Made by a program: the position numbers and the translations under genes. 64,000 bases of DNA, from positions 138,260,001 to 138,324,000 of the forward strand of contig OX597816.1 of the NCBI GenBank assembly GCA_951406725.2. Reading direction: 5' to 3'. The stretch is from Octopus vulgaris (taxonomy: Eukaryota). The notes under the pieces were generated by a model. That model did not search any database and was not told where the DNA came from. It saw only the letters and a list, made by a program, of their open reading frames with translations. The number at the start of each line of letters is the position of its first letter. The stretch's first letter is position 1. Positions 12,896-26,808 of this stretch are shown piece by piece.

Positions 12896-14335
12896 CTGTC
12901 TTTGTGTCTGTCTTCGTTCCCCCAAGTATCTTTTACTGAAGCAAGTAAAAGATAAAAGCTACTTTTTCTTTTATTAAGATTGTGGCGTGCCATCTCAGGG
13001 AGTACTGGCTGATATTTCTAGCACATCTATTAGCCACTAAGTGGCTTTCTTATTGTTTCATAAGAGTTACTTATCTCTGCATTTTCTCAAAACGTGTCCT
13101 AAACATCTAATGGATTATCCACTTAGTGACGAAGGCTCTTTCTGAGATTAGCTTAAAGTGGAATCAGATCATGAAGGGTAGAGTATTCTGAACATTTGTA
13201 GACGATGCCACAGCAACTTCTATGATATAACAAAGTATATATGTGTATGTGTGGTTGTGAGTGTGTATGAGTGTGTGTGTGTGTGTGCATGTGAGTGTGT
13301 GCAGGTTCTTGCACGCATGTGGTTGTGAATGCAGGCAAGAGTATATATATATATATATAAATATTATAAATATATATATATATACATGTATATGAATATA
13401 TATGTATATACATACATGTGTTTGAGTATGTTTGTTAGTGTGTGCTTGTGTGTGTGTGTGTGTGTGTGTCTGTGTTTGCGTATACATATGGTTTCTTGAT
13501 TAAAATACATTACATTTATTTCTTCCTAGGTTGAGTTTAAATCTCATCGGAATAGACTAACTTTCATCTCACTGGGATTGATAAAATAAAGACCAGAAAC
13601 ATAACCGAGGTCGATTCAATAGACCATATCACTTCCGTACAAACAGATCCTTCATATAACATTATTAATTATTACACAGTATTAATGTGTTTGATCTACA
13701 CCAAAAATATCCTTGATATGGAAATGTAATGGCCTTCCAATTTCTCCAAATAAAGCAGGTTTATGTTCTACACATAAACTTTATTCGATCCCGTAAAATC
13801 TGTGAATTGCCTCGATTCCACGAACCGTGGAAAACAATAAAAACAAATATCAGCTGCGATCACAAGATGTCTGTCACATTCAGCGTGGTGAAAAGCGAAG
13901 ATTCATCTGCGCATGTCATGCATCGCTGCGCAATCATATTCACCTGATTCTGAAGAGCAGGAGAACTATTGCGCCCGTGATTGATGCATAAATTATCGAC
14001 AAGTTGAGACAGATCTTTATGGTTGAGTGCACAGTTCAATTAGATGACAAACCGATACATCAACGTGTCAACGAGATGCGTGCGATAAAAGACGCCATTT
14101 TAACCCGTCTAATAACAATTATAACTGTTCCACGTATAAATCTAATAAATTGTAGCACTGTAGCACGGTTTTACTGTATTGTAAAGATTCTTTCCCCACA
14201 AAACGACCGAGCCTCCCCCCACTTCGTTTTGTCGTTCCTTACTTCCTTCCTCGTATAATTCCTTCTCCAACACGTCTTGTATCATTAGAAATAGCAGATA
14301 GAAATAATTTATGGAAAGTTAGCATGTATACATCA

Positions 14336-14369
<34 letters not shown>

Positions 14370-14527
14370 CAGAGAGAAAGAAAGAGAGAGGTAGAAGTGA
14401 GAGTAATGGTGAGAGAGAGAGTAGGAGAGAACGCGCCTGTGTTGCTAAATATCTTAATATATATACATATATGTATGATTATTTGTGTTTGAATGTGGAA
14501 TTGCATAGATGATAATGTTGTTAGCGA

Positions 14528-14569
<42 letters not shown>

Positions 14570-14609
14570 AGGTGATGGAAATAATAGTGATGATCAAGAA
14601 AATAATAAT

Positions 14610-14722
14610 GATTTCAAATTTTAGCACAAGGCCGGCAATTTCAGGGAAGGTACTAATTTCATCGACTCCGACAGGATGAAAGGCAAAGTCGACCTCGGCG
14701 GGATTTGAACTCAGAACGTAAA
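14610..14722 (-). mobile_element. Partial SINE family A
   Basis: GGATGAAAGGCAAAGTCGACCTCGGCGGGATTTGAACTCAGAACGT. Confidence 0.8.
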
Positions 14723-14725
14723 TAT

Positions 14726-14852
<127 letters not shown>

Positions 14853-15239
14853 GCTACAGCTACAATAGATATTTTTAACATAGGGACAGAGAATGAAGTT
14901 TTTTTTTCTCTTGGCAAGGGAGGTAACTAATGTAATCGACCTTGCATTTAATTGGTACATTATTTTATTGTTTACAGAGGTGCGGAATTCAAAGTTAACA
15001 TCGGCAAGATTTTAAAAGGGACAGTATGGATGATGATGATGATCACGATAAGGAAGAGCAAAAGGATGAAAATGATAAAGATGATGATAACAGCAACATC
15101 AATAATGATAATAATAATACTTGCTTTATTGGCCACAAGGGCCGCGGGAAAAATTTAGTAAAATACAAAAAAAAGGGGGTGCATAAGCGATTTTTAAAAA
15201 GCGGCAATAATGATTAAGAAGAAAATTATAACAGTAAAA

Positions 15240-16560
15240 TTCCCCAATAGGTAAATCAAGGAACACCAGAAAAGTGATGTTCCTTGGAGGAAAGTGTCCG
15301 TCTACAGTTCTTTCAGGTTCATCCAACGCACAATCTCTTTGATTGTAGCCACCAGATAGAGAAACCTTCCTGTTCTTTACGGCCAAAGTATAGCGGTGGG
15401 GTATTCATCACAATCGGCTAATCATCTCATCATCGACGTAACTCCGCGATTCGCCAATGCTCAAGCATATTTCGAACGTGTGCAGGACGGTCCCGTCACT
15501 CTCTACACACATCGAGCAGGTGCAGATGATGGCGCTACCAGGGAGAATTGCCAATAGAGTTTATCCAGAACTGGCAACTCACCCCGCGAGCACTGACAGG
15601 CTAGTAATTTCTTGAAATTATTCATAGACCCTGAACCAAAAGTCCTCTAGAACTGACCAGTTGGTTGATTCGCATAGACGCCCTAGTGTCCCTAATCACA
15701 TCATCGCTTTTACCGGCCACTTATCCCCCTAAAGAACGTCATAGTAAAGACTCCACCGTGTGCATTCCTTATAGGCAGAAAGCTGTGAGCCCTCAATCAC
15801 TGGCGCTCGGCTCCAGTTTACGGTTAATCTTGGCCTGCAGCTCTGTCAAAGAGATATCCTTTAAAATAGTTAGTTTTACAAAGAGCAACCGCACCTGCCG
15901 ACCGTCATAGAATAGCTGGAGATATCGCAAACTCAGTACATACCAGTACATCATATGCCCGAATATGTCTGGCATATGAAGATAAAGATTGTTGGACAAG
16001 CCATCTAGCCCCATCGAATTCTCTCGTGCAACCAGCTATTGATTCCTGTATCTCATTAGCCCTTAACGGTCTTCCGTAAAACCTGAATCCGTCGCCAAGA
16101 GCCCCAGAAGGTTGTCAAAGTAGGCGGTAAAATTCTCCTCTATCTTTAACATGTCAACTGTCCCAAACTGTACATATCAGCTTGGAAGCGAGTAGCACCC
16201 GCCATCTTTGACCAATTAGATCACTTACTGTAGTTTTCTTGTCTTGTTGGTCCTCTATAACACAGGCCAATAGAATGGTTTTTGTTCCATCATGTCTTAG
16301 ACCACGCACTCTTTCTCTCACAACACACCATTCGTATTTCGCGTTGGTCAAGTTCCATTCTCAATACCAACATATCAGCTCCGTTTCCTTTCCTTAGCAA
16401 CTTTTCTAGGTTCTGCTCCTTCTACTTTTGAATTTGCCCTCATAATTTCTTTATAGACTCTAATAACCCTTTTCAAGATTCTTTCCAATCCTTTGTTGAC
16501 AACTGATTCCGTCATTTGCAGTTTAACCAGTTCACTAATCCGGTTCCTGTAATCTTAGTA
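15240..16560 (-). mobile_element. Highly decayed LINE, probably L1/Tx1-like, with internal deletions
   Basis: High-complexity sequence with broken ORFs; ~15300-15450 loosely resembles the 5970-6250 region on the minus strand; no clean motif. Confidence 0.35.
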
Positions 16561-17369
16561 CTTTGAGAAGGACGCGTTCAAATTTCGGATACCTTATATC
16601 TGCTTTTAAACCCTGTCTACATCGATCATACACACTGCAAATTTGTGGTCTGTGAAGCCAAACAAGTTGCATTCTAGACAACCTATTCTCTCCCTACATG
16701 CTGGCCTACAGAATACACTGTCTAAATATAATATGGACTATCAAAATGGTGCAAACAGGAAATACATTTGTTATCTATTAGACAGATGGGAAGGTATTAG
16801 TTACTTGCCGAGGTTTGTGCACGTTCAGCACACACCCTAACCCTAACCCTAGCTCACTAACACAACAGAGCGGAATGTTCCCAGTAAAATCTACAGACAT
16901 TTGAAGGAATCTAGTTGCCCCGCCCCTGTGGAGGCGTAGACAGGTGCTGATTTAAAGATTTATTCTTCACTACTGTTCACGTCCAGGACAACAAAGTTTC
17001 CGTCCGTATGCAGCTGGACAGTTTGAATCTTGAGATTGACGACTTTTCAAAGCAACGAAAAGTGAGAGAAACAAAGAGAGTGCTGATCAAAGATTTCCCG
17101 TAAATGATTATTGCTTTTTAGTCTTATTTTCTCCGTCCTCAGTTGCTACTGCTCACAAAACTGAAGTGGATGTTGATAATTTCTTGTTACTGCTTCCACA
17201 GTTCCTGCTGCGGTTGTACGCGCTTTCGTAGTCACTATAACTGTTGTTACTGTTGATGTTGGTCGAGATGCTGTTATTGTAGCTCATATTTTATCCTTGT
17301 TACTCATGTTCATACTGCTTCTGTTGTTGTTCACTTTTCTCATAGTTGCAGCGATGATATCGGCGGCAG

Positions 17370-17950
17370 TGAGGTGCATCTTTCCGTTCTCTGAGATGGT
17401 CCAAGTTTACATACACCTGGCATCTTGGTCGTCTGCCATCCGTAATCACCCTTAGTTCTTCCCCTTTTGGCATAGAAGTAAGGTCTTGGATCCTGCCCAG
17501 ATTCCATGGCTTTACATAAAGAAAGACCTCCAATGTAGTCTCAAATCAGTACTCCCACCACGTTCTTTTCATATCCAGTAGAGTTTCACTTCCCTCCAAT
17601 ACTCCGCTAGGCAGGATCCAGCAGAGATCTAGCTGATGGGAAAAGAGCGAACCCCTCCTTGTGGAGAGCGAGCACTGGATATTTTACTGCGTAGGGCTCA
17701 GTCTTAAATAGGACTTCGACTCCGCTGAACTGCCTCATCCTAAATATATGTTCAATACTATGTCATATACCTTTGAGAGATCCCTTCTATTCGGGCATTT
17801 GTGACCGTCTCCAAGCGACGAATTTTCCGATTCTCACAGCTAAACATATGCGTCTTCCTAACAGTGAGCATTTTAAGAACGTGCTCTAGCTCCACACTTC
17901 TCCCTTCAATATTCATAAATCATCGATGTCCTACAGTTTCGTTCGCTTGC
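17370..17950 (-). mobile_element. Possible LINE ORF1/gag-like relic
   Basis: ORF 17300..17533 has LRVITDGRRPRCQVYVNLDHL, resembling a degenerate zinc knuckle (G..P.C..C...H). Confidence 0.35.
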
Positions 17951-18289
17951 CTTCTATAGATAGTTTATATGTTCTTGTGGGGAGGGGGGACCTTGCTATT
18001 GTTACTGTTGTTGTTGATGGAGTTACTGGTTTGTTTTGCCGATGTTATTACTTTCTTCTCCGTTATCGTCGTTATTGTTGTTGCCTTTTCTGCTGTCGCT
18101 GTTACTACCATATCTATTGTTATTGGCTGCTGTTGTTACAATTATTATTTCATTAACATTGCTGCTAACATTTGTTGTTGCTGCTGCTGTTGTTGTTGTT
18201 GTTTTACTTCTTAGAGCGCTCGGTCTTGTTTGCTCTGATTCTTTTTTGCACATTATAACCTTTGATACTTGGTTGTTAATTATCGTGGA

Positions 18290-18390
18290 AGATATTCAAC
18301 ATCCAAGTATCACTCTCAAAATCCTAGTTGTCCCTAGCAGAGCAGGTTTTTGGACTTACTCTGCTTTCATGTACTGGGACTCCGTGAACT
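18290..18390 (-). mobile_element. R4/Dong-like LINE C-terminal fragment
   Basis: Minus translation QKPALLGTTRILRVILG, the same motif as at ~6490-6545. Confidence 0.6.
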
Positions 18391-18446
18391 AAATTCAAAA
18401 TTTCATGTATATATATATATATATATATATTAGGATGAGTATATTA

Positions 18447-18496
18447 AAAGGGATCCGTGGGAAAAACCATTTAAATAAAAGGGTTGGGAACCACTG
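18447..18496. mobile_element. Terminal fragment of a hAT (Charlie-like) element
   Basis: AAAAGGGTTGGGAACCACTG is the reverse complement of a CAGTGGTTCCCAACC-type TIR; the partner TIR was not found. Confidence 0.45.
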
Positions 18497-19785
18497 GTCT
18501 ATACCATTCCAGAATTATTAGTGAAATATTTTACTTCTCTCCTCATTATTCCCACGAAGAAAAAAATATTTTGCATTCTTATAATTCTTTTTTATTTACC
18601 ATAGTGTTAGACGAGTTTAAAATGTTTCAAACCATGACAGTTTATTTGCATCTTATTTCAATACTCACTGTAAACACCCTCCAAAACGTTTGCTTACACT
18701 GCTTAGAGAAACACATATCTTCAGGCATACAAGAACAGACTGGACAATAACACAACTTACTTTGCTGGCCTCATTGCATAATAACTGTAAGATACTCTGA
18801 ATGCTTCACTTTACATCCTACGACCAACCAGCATTTCATGTCGGGTAATGATAACTGATGCACTTCAAACTGGATGTCAACGTGGAATATCCGGTGTGTC
18901 TTAAACAAACATTTGAAAAGACCTGAAACATGTCATAAGAGTGTTCGAGGAGTGCTGAAACTTAACAATATAACAAGAAAATAAACGTCAATAAAAATGT
19001 AACTTCAACAAAAATAAGCAACAAGACATTAAAAAAGCAAATATCAAAGTTGTCACGAGCTTGTATGCTAACCTATTATCTGTAACATTACCACATTTTC
19101 TACATTACCACCATATAAAACATCAACCAAGACATTCAGTGTCCCGCAGTGATTCTACCAGAAGCGACAAGTGAACATGCCAAATGTGATGGCTTGAGCT
19201 TAGAGTAGAAACCAAGCATTAATTGGCACCAGTGTTTATGACAGATGACGGAAGCAATCAAGCATCGGTGCAGCATCCGTTTCCACATAGCTTATGGGGA
19301 TAGTTTCTTTGTTTTCGAAGATAAAAAGAATTTAAACACAAAACGAAATGCTTATTAGATCTGGTGGAGGCATGAATGTTACAAAGTCCATTTTCTCTTT
19401 CACAGAGCATCTTTGAACTATATCAGCAATAAACAATTATTCTTCGCTGATTGATTAATTTTAGAATGTCATTCAATATACATTCTGTTCTGTCACACGC
19501 ATCACCTCATTTTTCATTCTTCTTCTTCTTCTTCTTCTTCTTCTTCTTCTTCTTCTTCTTCTTCTTCTTCTTCTTCTTCTTCTTCTTCTTCTTCTTCTTC
19601 TTCTTCTTCTTCTTCTTCTCCCGCTCCTTCTGATCTTACTACATGTCACAGTAGTAGTAGTAGTATCAGCAGGAGCGGTAGCAACGGTATTATTATTATT
19701 AGTAGTAGTAGTAGTAGTAGTGGTAGTAGTAGTGCTAGTAGTAGTCGTTCTCGATCATATGCTTATGATTTTATAGATATGCACT

Positions 19786-19828
<43 letters not shown>

Positions 19829-19884
19829 GTATATATGCATACATATATATATGTATGTATATGTATATGTATAACTATATACAT

Positions 19885-19933
<49 letters not shown>

Positions 19934-20016
19934 TACATATATGTATATGTATAACTATATACATACATATATATACATATATATATATACATATATATAT
20001 ATATAATGTATATATG

Positions 20017-20066
<50 letters not shown>

Positions 20067-20609
20067 TGAATGTGTGTGTGTACGCTCACACACGCTTCTG
20101 GAGAGAGAGAGGACAGAGAGAGAGCGAGAGAGAGAGAGAGAGAGAGAGTGAGATAGAGAAAAAGAAATATTGATAGACATATGAGTGTGCGTATGTTTAT
20201 GTGCTTATTTATATACACACACACACACATATGTATGAAGGTGTGTACTTTTCTGTGCATATGAGTGTAGCTGTGTATATTTTGACATTGGGCGAACTCG
20301 GTATTCTCTAGTAGAGAACCAGACGATGGAGGAACATCTGTGCTCTTAAAATGGATAGGCCAAGAATCCAGCAACTGGCATGAAGTGGCAGATCGGCTTG
20401 CTTCCATCTTAAGACCCCCAGATTAACTAATCGCTGTCTATATAACTAGCCAGTTGAGCGTAAAATTTTTAACACCGAAAAATCTCAATTCAGCTGGTTT
20501 AGTTTCTAATCGCAGTACTTGTCAGTTCTGTCGGACTAAACGGAAATATAATAATGATACATAATATGTCCATACCTACACGGACATTTGAAAATCAATA
20601 GTGACAGCA

Positions 20610-20825
<216 letters not shown>

Positions 20826-20844
20826 CACTTTAAAATAACTAATA

Positions 20845-21060
20845 CTCTTTTTTTTATTTGTTTCAGTCTTTTGACTGTGGCCATGCTAGATCACCGCCTT
20901 TTAGTCGAGCAAATCGACCCCAGGACTTATTCTTTGTAAGCCTAGTACTTACTCTGTCGGTCTCTTTTTGCTGAACTGCTAAGTTACGGGGACGTAAACA
21001 CACCAGCATCGGTTGTCAAGCGATGTTGGGGGGACAAACACAGACACACAAACATATACA
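20845..21060 (-). mobile_element. 3' half of SINE family B
   Basis: TTTCAGTCTTTTGACTGTGGCCATGCT...GGGACGTAAACACACCAGCATCGGTTGTCAAG. Confidence 0.85.
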
Positions 21061-21065
21061 CACAC

Positions 21066-21146
<81 letters not shown>

Positions 21147-21723
21147 GTGATTGAACGCCACGCATCCTCTTCCGAGTAAGTTTAATCTTAATAATTCTGA
21201 TGCACACCCTGTACGATCATTTTACCCTTTCGTTTTTCTCTCTTTTATCTCTCTTATTGTTATTCTCCTCTTCTCACATTATTCTATCCTATTACACTGT
21301 CACTCTCTCTCCCTCATTCATCCCCCCTTGCTCTCGTGGCTCCCACGTGACCATCAGCCGTCTTTCTTTCTCTCCATTGTAGCTGGAACAAAGTAGACAT
21401 GTTCTTGTTTGTCTCCTATCCTAGCTCGACAACCTAACTCGCCACCATAACCTCGCTTGGGCTTAGCAGCCCTCCCAGTTTGTTTTCACTGTCCTGTTTG
21501 TGCTACCAATTTTGACCATCCGCAAAATCCTAAATTTTATTTAATTTGCTTTGTAGGAGCAACTATTTTATCGAAAGTGTATACTGCTGTTAAATGCTCG
21601 AAATATGAGGCTTGAAAAACAGCCAACAACTGATGGAGGATCGTTCTTTATATTGTTTGTTTTCCATTTGTATCTTTCGTTGTTCGAAAGAATAGTTGAT
21701 GTTCCATGTACTCGTGCTTCGTA

Positions 21724-21774
<51 letters not shown>

Positions 21775-22390
21775 TATATATATAAACATGCAAGTATGTA
21801 CATATACGTATGTATATATGCATATATATATATTACGATTGAACGCCAGACATCCTCTTCCAAGTTATATTTATATATATATATGTATATATCGTTTATC
21901 ATTTAAGTATATATTAGCTTGTCTAGGCATGCAACTACATACATCTACACACATGTTTGTATGTATATATGTATGTATGTATGTATGTATATATGTATGT
22001 ATGTATGTATGTACGTATGTATGTATGTATGTATGTATGTATGTATGTATGTATGTATGTATGTATGTATGTATGTATGTATATTAAATCTTTGCCGTCA
22101 CTCGCAAGCGTATATGCACCTATACTTTGTCTGAGGTTCCTATATGAACCACTGGAAACATAGAAACGCTTTCAGCTCTCCCACTTGTAGACTCAACGGA
22201 ACATCGTTGTAGTAACAACTGGGGGGATGTAGGTGCTGCCCCAGCAGCTAGCAGGTTCTCATCATCACTTGAGGAGATGAGAGCATATGAAATGATACGT
22301 TTTGCACAACACGTCACCGATCCAAGAATCGAACAAAGTGCCTTTTGACCTTAAGCCCAATAGCTTCTCCACTGGGCTACAGACAGACAT

Positions 22391-22447
<57 letters not shown>

Positions 22448-22448
<1 letters not shown>

Positions 22449-22878
22449 ACGTTCCTGCCTCAAGTCTTTCTCTCCACATACGCCAGTTCAACTTGATTTG
22501 TCTCTATTATTAGTCGAAAGACACCTGGTGCTATTTTCTTGTTTGTATTTGTAATTGAGTAACATTTTCTCCGTTTTTATCGTTTTTTTTTATTTTGTTC
22601 TTTTGTGTTTGTTGTCGTACACATTCGCTTGTTTTCTCCCAAAATATTTAATGCTCTTAGCTTAGATTTCTGGGCGCCAGCCAGGTTTGAACAGTCTCAA
22701 GTGTAACTGACCGAAACTGTAAGGATAATCTGGAAACTTGACTGAGGAGAGAAGGCCACGAATGGCCCGTCTTTGTTTTGTGCTTCCCTCTTTTTGTTGT
22801 TTTTCATGTCTGTCTTCGTATCGTAACTGTCCGAATGTTTTATTGTCGTCTGTTGCGTTCTTATTTCATTTTTTGGAT
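22448..22878 (+). mobile_element. Microsatellite-flanked non-coding element carrying the permuted hammerhead motif (divergent subfamily)
   Basis: Homologous to the reverse complement of 40422-40830 (GTCGAAAGAC, TACA(C)ATTCG, AATGC.CTT.GCTTAGATTTC, T-rich tail); (TA)n on the left, TA/TG repeats on the right. Confidence 0.7.
22681..22758 (+). ncRNA. Candidate non-circularly permuted hammerhead ribozyme (GUC site at 22694-22696)
   Basis: ACAGT-C-TCAAGT ... TGACC-GAA-ACTGT ... ACTTGA-CTGAGGA-GAGAA-GGCCA; stem III ACAGT/ACTGT and stem I TCAAGT/ACTTGA are perfect. Confidence 0.65.
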
Positions 22879-23139
22879 ATGTATGTGTGTGTGTGTGTGT
22901 GTGTGTTAGCGTGTAAAAGATGCTTAAGAAACAGCTATAATGAGCTGACAATTATCCATCTTATGTTATCATTCAATTGATGATAATACACCAAGAGGAT
23001 TTACGACTTATCAGAGACCCTAGAGTATACCGACAACGTACATTTCAACGTAACTCGTAATTTGGACCAGTTAGCAGGTCTTCTTGCAAATGAATTTGGT
23101 CAAACGAAGTCTGAAAGAAGCCTGTCGTATATATATATA

Positions 23140-23449
23140 TACTCATAAAATACAGTGTACATTTAAACACATAAGGAATCCACTCGTGGGATTCAACACG
23201 CTAGAAAGAACAGCTGGGTTCTATAACCACAAAATTAGGGATAAAATCCAACAGGAACGAAATGAAAAACTAAAAACATTTTACCATCTTTTATTATAAT
23301 ATTATAATGTTTTTATTATTTTTTCATTTCGTTCCTGTCGGATATTATTCCTAACTTTGTGGTTATAGAACTTAGCTGTTCTTTCTAGAGCGTTGAATCC
23401 CACGATTGGATTCCTTATGTGTTTAAATGTACACTGCATTTTATGAGTA
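23140..23449. repeat. Fold-back inverted repeat, ~140-bp arms (23140-23280 / 23306-23449)
   Basis: ACTCATAAAATACAGTGTACATTTAAACACATAAGGAATCC versus GGATTCCTTATGTGTTTAAATGTACACTGCATTTTATGAGT; begins at a (TA)n tract. Confidence 0.9.
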
Positions 23450-23537
23450 ATACATAGTCTTTGGACTAAATTTTTACACGCTAGGCCACTAGAAGTGAAA
23501 ATTTCTATTAATTTCCATTTCCCTTCGATATGATTAA

Positions 23538-23598
<61 letters not shown>

Positions 23599-23674
23599 TC
23601 GCCATGTTGATTCGCTAGCTTCTGCACGCATTTTTTTTCTCTCCTTGTTTCTCTCTGTGTTTCTTTTCTGTGTA

Positions 23675-23712
23675 TCTTTCTGTTGAAGAGCGTAGGCTCG
23701 AAACGTAAAAAA
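23675..23712 (+). ncRNA. Degenerate minimal type I hammerhead motif within a (TA)n-flanked element (23596-23812)
   Basis: TCTTT-CTGTTGA-A-GAGC-GTAG-GCTC-GAAAC-GTA-AAA; core A6 replaced by T. Confidence 0.5.
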
Positions 23713-23807
23713 CTTGTTTTATTTATATTCCTGAGCGCCATACTAATACAATTGTTTGTTTGTATTCCACCTGCCTTCGTCTTTTGTTTATTTTCATAAA
23801 GCTTCCC

Positions 23808-23874
<67 letters not shown>

Positions 23875-24020
23875 CAATTGAGGATAAAATCTTTAAAAGA
23901 AATTATCAGTAGTTAGCGTGAAGTTTTGCATTCGGTAAAATTTTGTTTATTTTAGTAGTTTTGACCGCATTGGTCCCTCTTTAGCGTGTGGTATCTACGA
24001 ATAGTAGTACCTTCAATATA

Positions 24021-24070
<50 letters not shown>

Positions 24071-24164
24071 ATCCAAACATGAAAACACAAAGAGAAAACA
24101 CAACAATGCGAGGACGTGGAACAAGTATAGTATTATTGGACGCTTAGGAAAGGAAAGAAAGAAG

Positions 24165-24205
24165 GAGGATTTAACGTTTCGAGCGGAGCTCTTCGTCAGA
24201 AATAT
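24165..24205 (-). ncRNA. Minimal type I hammerhead motif within a (TA)n-flanked element (24066-24290)
   Basis: Minus strand TATTT-CTGACGA-A-GAGC-TCC-GCTC-GAAACGTTA-AAT; palindromic AACGTT replaces stem III. Confidence 0.65.
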
Positions 24206-24291
24206 AGAAAAAGTAAAGATCCATGGAAGGGAAGACGGAGGAAAAATATCGGCAACGATACACACGCTGTCACACTTTGAATATGTGTGAA

Positions 24292-24374
<83 letters not shown>

Positions 24375-25551
24375 TATGTATGTATATGTATGAACAAAAA
24401 CACTATTAGTGGCATGAAACCTTAAGCCCAATAACGATGTCACGGATGTCTAGTTTATAATTCATATATGTCCCTCTTTATGTTTATGCCAAGGTGTATG
24501 CAAGAAGACACTTGCTCGGTGCCATGGAGTGTGGGTGAACTCGGGACCTTGTGGTTGAGAATCAAGATTCTTACAACGCAATCATATATATATATACCTA
24601 CTTGCGCCTATTTTTTATATGTATTTCTGCTTTCTTTTCCTGTCAATTGAACAACAAATTGCCTTGGTCCAGTTCGAAAGCAACGCCACCTTCAAAACTA
24701 AACCCCAACCCTTGAATCACAAACCAGAATTTAACCTTACTCTTTACACTATCACACTATCTGATAACCAGGCAGGAACCCAGCAAAACTTACCTCTCAT
24801 TTCCTCCACCTCCACCATCTCTCCAACATCAAAACCATACTGCAGACAACGTTTATGGTAGCCAGTACTGTTATTATTTGTACAATTTGCATTATCTGAT
24901 GGTTCAATAGAGTTTAGTGTCCCGGATCAGGCAAAAATTACCATCAGCCGTCGGCAAGACGGTTTTCTGTCAGGGTAATAATAATTGTATAATTCACACG
25001 TGTTCGGAGACACTATAACGGCAGACTGGCAGCAGGGATATTAACTTATGGCAATAAAAACCACAGGATTTTCGCTTATGCAGTTAAACTACCTTCTCGC
25101 TCTCTCGCTGTGTCTGTCTCTGTCTCTCTTTCTCTCTCTTCGAGGCGGATGAGCGGCGGAAAAGATATATGTTCACACGCTGATGTATAATATATTATTT
25201 GTATGTGTGAGTGTATTTGGATCGATACGTTAGTATGTGTGCTTGTATCTGTGAATATAAAAGTTGGAGGAAAATTACAATATAAACGTACATGTTGAGG
25301 CACACACAAACATACACACACGCATACACATACACACACGCATACACATACACACACGCATACACATACACACACATTCATATATAGTATTATTCATTTA
25401 TGATTACAGATTCACTGATATACACACATACATACACACACACAGACGCACGTACGTAAGTACATAAATAAGTGCAGACTCAAAGATGCACAAAAATGTG
25501 TATATATATACACACACGCACACAAATACATACACATATACACACACTCAC

Positions 25552-25584
<33 letters not shown>

Positions 25585-25682
25585 TGTGTGTGTATATCTA
25601 TATATACTTATATATATATATATATATATACACAAATATATGTGTGTGTATATATACCTATATATATATACATATATATGTT

Positions 25683-25724
<42 letters not shown>

Positions 25725-26525
25725 ATTAATGCGCATGCTACGTGCCTAGAAACATAACTACAAACATATTTATAAACCCATGCAAACACACTACCGCATA
25801 TAAGCACAAGTAAATATATATACACACTTATCTGCATACACAGACATACACATGTTCACACACACACATACATTTCCACAATGTACCTTGCACATACATA
25901 AATACGTAGACATCTGTGCGCACATGGGTACACTAACACACTAACACACATAAACTGACACGTATACCAATGCATACACCTCGGCATAAACATACAGAAG
26001 GACATATATGAATTATAAACTAGATATTCGTGCCATCGTTATGAATTGTCTCATGCCTCTAATACTGTTTTTGTTTATTGTCTTTTATAGAATAATTATA
26101 GAGTAATGGCAGCAGCAAGTTCCATATCTTTGGTAAAGGCTGGCCGATGTCTCAGTGCTGCCAAAAGTACCCAAACCAAATTAGATAATAACGATGTGTC
26201 ACTACAGAAGGCATCTTGTTTCTTTCTGACACTACTACGTACTGCAAAATAATTATACGATAGACGAGCGAAGCTCAAATGTGAACGGCCATAACACATA
26301 TAAACATTCAGATATAGAAATGTATACATACGTAGACAGATACAAACGCAAAAACAAGCACATACATACCCACATATTCACATGCATATAACCTTGTTAT
26401 ATATATATATGTGTGTGTATATGTATGTGTGTGATTGTGACTGTGTGAGTGCGTGTATATGTATGTATGTATGTATGTATGTATGCATGTATGTATGTAT
26501 GTATGTATGTATGTATGTATGTATG

Positions 26526-26559
<34 letters not shown>

Positions 26560-26771
26560 TGTATGTATGTACGTATATACACACACACAGAGATATATGT
26601 GTGTACATACGGAAATACTTATTGAAACATATATAATTTCACAGGTGCGGAAACAAACCATATACAGCAATACGAACACGCAAACACATACATATGTGTA
26701 CACACACACACAAACATACATACATACATACATACGTACATACATACATATATAAATACATACACACATGC

Positions 26772-26808
<37 letters not shown>

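Noticed and set aside
16835-16851. Interstitial telomeric (CCCTAA)n
   Set aside because: Fewer than three full units; not enough to infer telomere addition.
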